A stretch of 64,000 nucleotides of DNA, taken from contig CM060731.1 of assembly GCA_030704615.1 (NCBI GenBank), positions 63,488,001 through 63,552,000 on the forward strand, given 5' to 3'. A program made the position numbers and the translations under genes. The DNA comes from Takakia lepidozioides. Its lineage: Eukaryota > Plantae > Bryophyta. Shown piece after piece: positions 1 through 9,549 of the stretch. Numbering within the stretch: position 1 is the first letter of the stretch; every line of letters starts with the position of its first letter. The notes below the pieces were generated by a model. The model saw nothing but the letters and a program-made list of their open reading frames with translations, searched no databases and was not told the DNA's origin.

Positions 1-1
1 A

Positions 2-1038
2 CTAGACTTTGTTGGACCAATTAACCCACCATCCAAGAATACACGAAACAGGTACATAATTACAGCCACTGATTATACTACAAAGTGGGTGGAAGCTAAA
101 GCTTTGAGGGACAACACAGCCAAGTCCACAGCAAGGTTCCTGTACGAGAACATACTTACACGATTTGGCTGTCCCTTAGAATTTATCAGTGATCAAGGAA
201 GTCACTTCATGAATGAGACCATTGAGTTGTTGACTAAAGAGTTTATGATTGTGCATAGAAAGAGTACAACATATTACCCACAGGGTAATGGGCAGGCAGA
301 GGCTACCAACAAAATACTATGTACTATCTTGGCTAAGATAGTCAATGCAAACAGAACGGATTGGGATACAAAGCTGCTGACAGCTTTGTGGTCATACAGG
401 ACTTCATATAAAGTCACCACTAAGTATACACCATTCCAATTAGTTTATGGTATGGAAGCCTTACTTCCAGTGGAATTCCTGTTACCTACCATGAGAACGG
501 AGTGGGGAAAAAGAATGGAATTGCAAGACTCCATCAAGGTCAGGAAACATGAATTATACCATGTGGAAGAAGTACGTGCTGATGCAGCTGATAATATGAC
601 CAGAATTCAGATGAAGCGAAAGGAACAGTTTGATGAAGGCAAGTTAAAGACTTTTAAGACGGGGGATTTGGTTCTATGGTTGCAGAAGAAAGGAAAGATT
701 CAAGCTTCTAAGCTTAAATCACCGTGGAAAGGACCTTATGTCATACAAAAGATGTATGATAACAACACCGCCATGTTACAAACCATTAACAAAGAAATGC
801 TGGAAGAGTCAATGCAAATAAGTTGAAGGGGTACAGTGGTATCCATGACAAACCCCTGCAGCATGATTTGCATGTTGAACCGCAAGAGCAGTCACGGGCT
901 GCACCAGTGTTACGAACGGAGTATGGAGCACTTGTCGCTAGGCCCAGCATATATGACCAGGGTGGGCAAAACAAACGTGACACAGCCTATCACAGCCCAC
1001 ACGGCGCACACAGCCTATCACAGCCCATCACGACGTGA
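2..1038 (+). pseudogene. Retrotransposon integrase (rve core + GPY/F), C-terminal end of pol, with a frameshift near 800
   Basis: Frame 2 reads LDFVGPINPP…TDYTTKWVEA…ISDQGSHF…YPQGNGQAE…WKGPYVI (D,D,E present). The conserved 'GRVNANKLKGY' continues in another frame from ~802 to the stop at 1038. Confidence 0.93.
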
Positions 1039-1230
1039 CACACACAGCCTATCACAGCCCATCACAACGTGACATAGCCTATCACAGCCCAGCACGGCGC
1101 AACACAGCCTATCACAACCTACCACACGTGTCATAGCCTCATCAGCCTATCACAGCTTACCACAGTGCATCACAGCCTATCACAGCGTAACACAGTATGA
1201 CACAGCCTGTCACAGCTCAACACAGCCTAC
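977..1230 (+). repeat. CACAG(CC) tandem array, ~10-bp period, directly after pol
   Basis: About 20 CACAG-type units. Eight consecutive units start at exactly 1151, 1161 … 1221. Confidence 0.95.
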
Positions 1231-1920
1231 TAAAGTTACACGATCCATAGAATCAGTGACAAGTGGACGCATAATAACTTCAGGAAAATGGCTGACGGAA
1301 GAGGAAACGGAAATTACTTTAAAAATAGACACGTGGAGGTCAGGGCGCGACACACACAGCCAAGAAGGAAGTGCAAGAACAGGTGTCAAAAAGAAAGAGG
1401 ACAAGAACGGCCGTCAAAAGGGATGAAAGGCGGGCCCATTAATGAGTACGGAAAAAGGGAAACGGAACGAACGGCAAGTACAGAAAAGCGGAATTCTTGT
1501 CACATGTGTGATCCTAGTGGACTATCCAACAGGGAAAGTCCACTAAAGAAGATAAAATCTAAAATCCAGTCACAGCGGATACAGCCAATAGAAAACCAGA
1601 GAAAGGATCAAGAAAATGGAGGGAAATTGAGCGCAAGAGGCGGCGTCGTTCTGAGTAACGGGCGTCTCGACAGGACAGACCATCAATGCTATACCTTGGA
1701 AACTATGGAGGAACTAACAGACTATACGCTCGCAATATTACTTACGCAGTGGCATAGACACGAAAGGACAGAGCAGAGCTTTTCTCTTGAGCGATGCTTG
1801 CAAGCCCCGCAGGCTTACAAGAAATTACCCATAGCTTTCTGCGGCAACCATACGTTTATGCTTTGTGCACTACAGGCATTCCTGCAGTTGTTACAGCCAA
1901 AACAGTTCTGTGAGTCTAAA

Positions 1921-4241
1921 ATGAAGAGAGTGAGAGGAATGGAGGAAATCAGGGTGAAGAGCACCACAATTCTGCAGAAACAAACGATTGCTACCCCACA
2001 GGCGATACAGATACTGGAGGAGCTGAGATTGCAAGGATTGCAAAGCCTAGATTGGACACTACACCATAGACAGTACATGTTACAATTTTTGCAGAACTTT
2101 GAGCCAAGGACAGGAACAACAACGGTGAAGGGAGTTGAATTAATGATTACTCCCCTATACCTCCAGCAATTGTTTCGATTGCCAGCAGGTCAGGTGCATG
2201 TGGAGGAACACAGGGCAAGACTGCAAATAGGGGACTTATTCCAAGAAGGGAGTTTCTTTAAAACTCAGGGTTATGCTTGTACCAAGGCTGTGTACCCAGG
2301 GTTAAAAGAGGTAGGCCAGGTATTGAACGTTCTGATTGCATTGAAACAGAACCAACAGTATTTGAGCAGATCCTTCACGGGGAAATACTCAAAGGCCTGA
2401 AGGGACAAGAGGTACAATGGGCGGACATAATGTACAACGCACTGGTAGAGGAGATGAAAAGATTACAAGGTACTACCGCAAAGTCTCCTATAATAGTGTC
2501 TGGCCCAATCATTGCTCAAATAATCCTTGATTCTGGCATACTTAATGCGCAAGAAAGAAAGGAAATGGGAGTGTTTGAGCCAGCAACAACTGCAATGGAA
2601 GAGCAAGGCTCTTCACACAGTGAGGGTGGACTAGCAGGGCAACCTGAGACTAAGAGGCAGAGACGGGGAAAGACTGTGGTGGCGGATCCACTGGCTTCAC
2701 GGATTCCGCATGATAATGTTTCCCAAGCTCATGGCCAGGAAGGGGCACAGCAGCACAGAGAAATGCTATTACTGGAAGCAGGACCTTCAGAGAGGGAGGA
2801 GGAAGTTACTTCTGCATCACAACCATCACAGCCACCTGAACGACTTGTCACAAGGTCACAAGTTATCCATGCAGCTCAACCAGAAATAATTGATTTGGAA
2901 AGTGAAGGGTTAGATATTCCAACTACAGAACAGATAGTGGCAGAAATAGAGAAGGGGGACCTTCTCTATGAATATTCTGGTCTGGTCAAGGAGACAGAAA
3001 TCCCAGAGGTGCAACAGTTGCCCAAGGGAAATCCTGAGGTGCATATAATACACACACCTGTGTCGGAGGTACCACAGGCAGAAGGTCATGACACTGTAGC
3101 ACCGGTGATAGATGAAGTAGTTCAAGAAGAAAATCCGGTGGGACAATGGCCTGAATGGTTAGTGAGACATCACACTGTTGAAGATCAGGAGGAACAGCAG
3201 CAACCTCACCATGATGACCCTCAACAGGCAATGCTAATGAGTTCCATAGGCAGGACACTTAATTTGTTGGGGACTTATGTCAAATCCCATGTTCCAATTA
3301 CCCAATTGACAGCCTTGAGAGATGAACTCAGGAAGGAGTTTGAGGCTCGACTTGCCACTGAGTGTGCAAACAAGGTCGATGAAGAGGTCACTCTCAAGAT
3401 GAAGCAGGACTTGGGAAATACAGAAATGGCTTTGCAATTGGCCAAGGAACAATTGATTGAGGCAGGCCTCGCGCAAGACCAGTTGCACGAAGCACATAAG
3501 CAACAGCTATACCAAATGCAGGTGCAGCATGAAAGCAAGTTGCAAGAACTGAATGCACTACATACGGAGTTGCAGACAGTGCATAACAGGATGACGATAC
3601 AATGTGCTACATTTACAACTATGCTTGACCAATCTACAAAAGAAATAAACAGTCAAGCGGAAAAATGTACGAAGGCAGAAGAAGAGAATGTTGAGCAAAT
3701 GAAGCTCATTGTCGATATGAAGAATACAATCTGTCGCAATGAAGATACTTTCAAGCAATACAGGCAGATTGAAGCTGATCAAGAGAAGCACATCGTGGAG
3801 TTGCAACAAACCATCATGGCCAATAGAAATGAAATTGCGGTCAATAACAAGGCTTGGAAGGAAGCCAATAATCTACTTGCTGCTTATGCGCAATTGGTTG
3901 AACCTCAGGCGAAGCGCATGGAGGCTTTACAACAGCAGTTGGAATTGTACAAGCTAAGAGAGGAGCAAACTCTCAGGGGAACCACAAGCAACTTGGTAGA
4001 TAACAGCCTTATGCAGGTCTGGTTAGCACAAGGGCCAGTAGAGGGCAAAGCACCACGGAAGCTCACCCAAAGCGAGATGAATGAGCTCAGGCTGCAGGTG
4101 CAGAACATTGCCACAACTACTATAGACAATGTCTATAGTAGGATAGCAGAGTTACAAGAGGATGTAGACGGACTCCAGACTCAAGTGGAAGACCTCACTT
4201 CAAACATCGACAAAGAGTCTATATCCCTCAGGAACAGCTAA
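1921..4241 (+). CDS. Extra retrotransposon ORF A: N-terminal Athila-ORF/plant-mobile-domain-like region, acidic disordered linker, long coiled coil; split by a 1-nt frameshift at ~2380
   Basis: The pattern 'FLQNF…TTVKGVELMITP…LFRLP' followed (after the shift) by 'ILKGLKGQEVQWADIMYNAL' resembles extra-ORF domains of plant Gypsy elements. One more G in the GGGG run at 2379-2382 would fuse ORFs 1288..2400 and 2277..4241. The start codon is uncertain (1921 chosen). Confidence 0.7.
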
Positions 4242-5479
4242 TGGCTTCTTATTTACAAGCCAGAACTTTGGCTTTTCAGTCTTCACAGGAGGTGCAGGAG
4301 ATGCCGATGATACAAGAGCCAGTACCACCACCACCACAACAAGTCACTGTACCAGTAGCTGAACCTGTGGTTACTACAACCACACCACAGCCACCACAGC
4401 CACCACAGCCGGAGGTATGGGGCAATGCCGCTTTTAACCCACCTAAAACTCCAGCTGCAAGGGAGTACAGTAGGGCTATGATTATGCCCTTCAACCAAAT
4501 TCCCATCATGTTGGATTTGGCTTGGAAAGAATTTAGTCCTCCGCAGTCATTCGCACATTACTACCAAATCATGCGTATTTGGCTGCCAGTGGCAACTAGG
4601 ACTAAAGTTCTTCCGAACAATCGACATATTGAAGATCATCACTTTGCACAATACTGGCACGAGGCAGGTACCATGTTGAGGGAATTGATTGCTTTCCAGG
4701 TTGTACATGAACTCATTTATACCAAGACCAAGGAGATAGCAAGTATTGTCATGGGGTGCGGGTTATACTACGCTGCTTGTTTTCTGGTACGTTACCACAT
4801 TGAGCAACAAAAGATGCAAACACGCTTTCTGAGTTATTCCAGTGGAGATCATTGGGTATTACCTTCGGTGCCACCTCATATGTACCTATATGACCCAAAA
4901 GTTATGATGCAAAAGGATTCTCAAATTCGTTCATGGTTTCAAGCGGCCTGGAACCATTTGTCAACACAGAAATTCGGCATTGATGACATTTTCTATAAGG
5001 GACATGTGGCATGGAAGTACTTGCACGCTGCACCAGTAATTGGTACCCCACTCACCTGGACAGACAAGGAGCTCAGTGTCTACACCAATTTTGCTGTTCA
5101 GCGGTTACACCAAGTTGTAAAATACAAACTTCCAGACATGGTAGGACAGCATTGTATGCCCCAGATGATTCCACAAAAAGTTCGAAAATTAAAACACCTG
5201 AGAGGCGATGAGGATTCTGATACAACTGTTTCTTCACCGAATTCTTTTGACATGGGAGAAGACTATGCAATTCAGATGGCAGAGAAGAAGCGACGGGGGT
5301 CTCCTATGCCGGAAAGGTTACCTCGATATCAGCCTCCAGAGGGCCTCACTTATCCAGGTAGTGATCAACCATCTCCGTCAACCAGAGACAGACCTTGGGC
5401 TCGTACACACAGTCCGCCACGAAACTCTCAACGTCAAGAAGGTGCTCACTCACAAAGGTTTGCTAGTCGAAATCAGTAA
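4241..5479 (+). CDS. Extra retrotransposon ORF B, 412 aa, unknown function (Pro-rich N-terminus, aromatic-rich globular core, basic tail)
   Basis: Uninterrupted ORF. Its ATG overlaps the ORF A stop (TAATG, 4239-4243) and it ends immediately before the hairpin/PPT. Confidence 0.8.
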   Translation: MASYLQARTLAFQSSQEVQEMPMIQEPVPPPPQQVTVPVAEPVVTTTTPQPPQPPQPEVWGNAAFNPPKTPAAREYSRAMIMPFNQIPIMLDLAWKEFSPPQSFAHYYQIMRIWLPVATRTKVLPNNRHIEDHHFAQYWHEAGTMLRELIAFQVVHELIYTKTKEIASIVMGCGLYYAACFLVRYHIEQQKMQTRFLSYSSGDHWVLPSVPPHMYLYDPKVMMQKDSQIRSWFQAAWNHLSTQKFGIDDIFYKGHVAWKYLHAAPVIGTPLTWTDKELSVYTNFAVQRLHQVVKYKLPDMVGQHCMPQMIPQKVRKLKHLRGDEDSDTTVSSPNSFDMGEDYAIQMAEKKRRGSPMPERLPRYQPPEGLTYPGSDQPSPSTRDRPWARTHSPPRNSQRQEGAHSQRFASRNQ

Positions 5480-5480
5480 A

Positions 5481-5517
5481 CCGTGAGGACACGGCTTTTT
5501 GAGGGGGGAAGGGATAA
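5481..5517 (+). promoter_or_regulatory. Stem-loop CCGTG-AGGA-CACGG followed by a T-run and polypurine tract GAGGGGGGAAGGGATAA
   Basis: Perfect 5-bp stem at 5481-5494; purine tract 5501-5517 abuts the TG of the LTR. Confidence 0.85.
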
Positions 5518-6358
5518 TGTTAGAGGACTGTCGGGGACTTAGACACTTATACGGGATCTGTAGGGTACCCTTAATTTTTGCACAGACTGAGACCAACAGG
5601 AGCCTTATGGGTGACAGCAGCGCACTGCAGAGGGGGGTTACACAGCCCGTCACAGTCGTCACAGCCGACACAGCCAACACAGCCGTCACAGTGGTCACAG
5701 CCGATACAGCCAACACAGCCCGTCACAGCCGACACAGCCGACACAGCCCGGCACAGCCACACAGCCAGTCACAGCCCGACACAGCCAAACACAGTCGCAC
5801 AGCCAGTCACAGCCCGTCACAGTTTCACACAGCCAGTCACAGCTTGACACAACTGTCACGATCATAGGGAACGAAGAGTAGGACAGGGAACGACTGTGGG
5901 GAACAACACCTGCGAAGGGAACATGTTAGTTCACAAACACGGTTAGTGAGGGAAACGGTTAGAACCGCGGAAATGAAGATAAAGGGAGAAACGGGGAATT
6001 GAGGGGGATTCGGAGGAGGACTTCTTGGTGATAGAGGAGAGGGGATCGGGCAGAGATGGAGAACGGAAGTGAAGATAGAGAGATGATGAGTAGATGCTTG
6101 ATATATGCAAGGCTGTAATGATATTGTAGAGTAGATTAGAGTCACAATGGCTTCGGCCTGATACCTGATAAATCATAATCGGATACTTTTACGATACAAT
6201 CACACTGTGTAGAGAGATCTGAGTGAAGCTGTGGAATGAATGGATGAGTTGATGGAATCCAATAGATTGATAAAGCAAACTGATACTTAATTATCAATGG
6301 TAAGATAGTTAACATGAATACCAAAAGGGAAACAAATAGGAAACACCCCCATGATACA
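5518..6358 (+). repeat. 3' LTR (~840 bp)
   Basis: Begins TGT directly after the PPT. Candidate ACA end at 6356-6358 (alternative 6313); no 5' LTR in the window to confirm. Confidence 0.65.
5638..5860 (+). repeat. CACAG(CC) tandem array inside the LTR (mostly 9-10 bp period, ~23 units)
   Basis: cacagcccgt/cacagccga/cacagccaa/cacagccagt units; same core as the 977-1230 array. Confidence 0.95.
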
Positions 6359-6739
6359 CTAGCTGTAGGTCATGACTGATTGTTCTGCGCGGGCTGAGTA
6401 CTTAGAGATTTCCAACTCTTCAATCTTGGAGTTTCCGCCTCGAATAGCGAAGGGATGGGTGAGTAAAAGCCGCGCGACAGATAAGTATAGGCACGGAAAT
6501 GCACGGAAATAGGTTCACTAGACAATGCAGTGAATCACGTCGTAGTGGTGTGGATTTAGCCCTCAAATTAGCTTATGCTCTCGTCTTTGTTTGTTTGGCC
6601 TCCTCTTGCTACTCCAACATTTTAGATACATATGATTATCCTTTTGTTTGTGCACTTTTCATAAATGCGGCTCTCTGTTCGCGCTCACAATCACACTTTT
6701 TTTTTCATAGAATATGAATGATGGTCTAAAATATCGATT

Positions 6740-7729
6740 ATGGAGATAATCAAGGTATTGGTGGTGGTAGCATTGTTCGAATATATGGGTATTAGGGTTA
6801 GAGCAGACAATGTGGATGCGCTTCCAGGTTGGATGGGGGAAACATATGTTGTAAAAAAACTATTGCGAGAGAAATTAAGGTCCAAAGAAGTGGAAGTACA
6901 TCCTTCTATGAAACTTATCTCCATAGAAGAAAGTTCCAGAGGATTAGATGAGATTGTCAAAGTAGATCCTTCCGCAGTGGTTCAGTTGTCTTCGAGACCT
7001 CGAGTTTTTTTGTACAAAGGATTCATGACGACCGCAGAGTGTGATCATCTAATTTATCTTTCTAGAGAAAAACTGGAAGAGTCCACAGACAACGAGTCCG
7101 GTGAAAGTGTGGCGAGTGAGCTTCGTACTAGCTCAGGCATGTTCGTGCTCAAGGGGCAAGACGAAATTAGAAGAAAGGATTGCTACCTGGACCTTCTTGC
7201 CAAGTGAAAATGGGGAGGCAACTCAGGTGTTGAGATACAAACTCGGGCAAAAATACGAGCCTCACCATGACTATTTTTACGACAAGGTAAACCAAGCCGC
7301 TGGCGGCCACCGAACGGCGACAATTCTAATGTACCTCTCCAATGTCATCAAGGGTGGGGAAACCGTTTTCCTGGAATCAGAGAGCGATGGCGGCCCCAAA
7401 GACGATACATGGTCTTCAAGCGCTAAGCGAGGTGTGGCTGTCAAACCTAAAAAAGGTGATGCTCTACTTTTCTTCAGCTTACTTCCTTTGGGTTCACCGG
7501 ATTTGTCGAGCTTACATGCAGGGTGTCATGTCCTCGAAGGAGAGAAGTGGTCGGCCACCAAATGGATACATGTCACCTTCGAGCGAACAAGGCCTAAGGC
7601 CGGTAGCTGCGAAAACGAGAACGAGCAGTGCAAAGGCTGGGCCGCACGCAGCGAGTGCCTCAAGAATAGTGCATGCTCGGTACCCCACAGTGGCCCGGCG
7701 CTTGCCGCAAGGCCTGCAAACTTTGCTAA
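6740..7729 (+). pseudogene. P4H: Prolyl 4-hydroxylase (2OG-Fe(II) oxygenase + C-terminal ShK-like domain), intronless pseudogene with two frameshifts
   Basis: Signal peptide; VDPSAVVQLSSRPRVFLYKGF…RTSSGMF; YEPHHDYF; KGGETVF; SLHAGC…GEKWSATKW. Frameshifts at ~7165 and ~7670; the second frame gives MLGTPQWPGACRKACKLC-stop (7727-7729). Confidence 0.92.
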
Positions 7730-8509
7730 CTAAGTCAAGGCGTTGTCTTGTCTTGTTCAATCATTCTCTTTCTTCTTATCGACAAATCAGATGTCAAAAA
7801 TCATCACATATTGAGCAAGAATACCAGAAGTATTCAACCTTGGAAAGGCATTAGAGTGGATATCATAAATGCTCCCAATAGCATAAAGATTACTCGTTTT
7901 AAAACCTGTGTCTTGGTTTGGCATTGGATGGGGTGAATCCTTATGTCGCAAAATCTACGAGTTGGTCAACGTGGCCCATCCGTATGCATATAGAACATGA
8001 TTTTCAAATACTACAACAATGTTGAAATATCTTCCGTTTGGATGGTCAATTAACCATCATTGGAAGCCCAATTTTGGTGAGATCAAAATTCTGTTATATG
8101 AATGAGTTTTATTGGTTATTGAGACAACCATGTAATTTAAAAAAACCAAAAAATTATTTTTAGGGGGAAAACAAATCCCCACAATAACCATAGGGCATAG
8201 CACTGAGAGCATGCCACTTATTGTAATTTTCAATACCTCAAAAAAACATCCATCCTATATAGTATAGTTATACTCAACAACTCACAAGAAAGAAACGTCT
8301 TGATGGCAAAGCAAATGATTCTCATAGACAAACATAACAAAGAATAATTATTATTAGTAAACATAAAAGGTTCACAATGAGTAACAATAGAAATAATGTA
8401 AGAACTTAATGCACGCATGCCATTTGATGGCTCCTCCGGCAGCCCCCTATCAAATCCTCCTCATCCCCTCTCACCCTGGATTCATTATTATATTCTAGTG
8501 ACAGCTAAA

Positions 8510-8921
8510 GGTGGGAAACTAATTTTAGTGTAGAGCAAGGAATAGGGTGCCATAGTGCCACGTTATGGTCGACACACCATCGTCGTCAGCCACGTCATCA
8601 CCATAAAATTTTCAAACTGCCTGAACATAAACTGATTCATGAAAATCATTTCTTACATCATTGTCAGTCAAGCCATTGTCGTCTACCACATCATTGTTGT
8701 CATTTTTTAGGCTGCCCAAAAAAAACTGATTTATGGAAATTCTTTTTTCTATAAGTTTCTTTTTTTCTTTTGTTTTCTTCACGTATTCTATGTAAATGTT
8801 ACAACACTTCTAAATATTAATTATGATAAAACACTATACAGAAATCAATGGTATGTCCAGTTTTTGAAACCCTCATAAGGTTTTGTGTCTCAATTTACTA
8901 ATATATTACAATACTATATAT
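8510..8921 (+). repeat. Left part of an AT-rich dispersed repeat split by LINE-1 (continues at 17640-17760; uninterrupted inverted copy at 60657-61335)
   Basis: ttcacgtattc.atgtaaatgttaca.cacttctaaatattaatta and ggtgccatagtgccac match the reverse complement of 60840-61260. Confidence 0.8.
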
Positions 8922-9549
8922 TTATTTATTTTATATTTTTATTTATTTATTAAGATAACAGGGGCTGTGGCCCTGGATGTGGTTTTATTGAGGAATTATT
9001 TGGAAGGAAAAAAATTAAAACCTTCAGAGTGCCACAAGGCTGCCATAAGGTTGTTCGCACGGAGGTCATGCTAGATAATTGAGAGCAGTAACCGAGAGCT
9101 AAGTACGTGCTATAGCCAACTCCCGAAGCCCAAGGCCTATAGCCTAGAGATATTGAGTGACCACTACGAGGCAGTGCCACCATCGTGAGTGTGATTCAAA
9201 CCAAGTCTAAATAGAACAAAGGCTTATAGCCCAAATCAGGCACAAGAGGGCCTTTAGCCTAAAAAGTTGAGATACCACCACGAGGCAGTGTCTCCACCGT
9301 GAGTCAGATGCAACGCAGCAAGTCTAGACTGTGTAATTGAGAGGTAGGTGAGAGTAGCCCTAGGGAGATAGAGGAGAGGGAAAGATAGAACAGAACGGCA
9401 AGCAGCCAAGAGAGGCGTGGAGGGATTGGAAGGGGGAGGGGGTAGGCAGAGGAGAACTGTAAGCAAGAAGGGGAAGTCAACGGTGGAAGTGGAGCCTCGC
9501 TGCTGAAGCTGATCGAACGTGTTTCCAGTTGATCTCCGATCTGTCGAAT

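Larger units (their letters stand above)
1..6358 (+). mobile_element. Ty3/Gypsy (non-chromovirus, Athila/Tat-like) LTR retrotransposon, 3' half, with two extra ORFs after pol; the 5' part lies outside the window
   Basis: Integrase core and GPY/F motif at the left edge with no chromodomain, then extra ORFs, hairpin + polypurine tract (5481-5517) and an LTR starting TG at 5518. The right end (…GATACA, 6358) is tentative. Confidence 0.88.

Noticed and set aside
977-1230. CRISPR-like array
   Set aside because: Units are ~10 bp with no unique spacers, the context is eukaryotic and there are no cas genes.
2375-2390. Programmed -1 frameshift at GGGGAAAT in ORF A
   Set aside because: In-frame codons are ACG GGG AAA, which is out of phase for an X XXY YYZ slippery site; a 1-nt deletion is simpler.
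2277-4241. True envelope glycoprotein
   Set aside because: No signal peptide or transmembrane segment visible; only coiled coil and acidic linker.
5499-5867. ORFs across the LTR array
   Set aside because: Artefacts of a stop-free tandem repeat.
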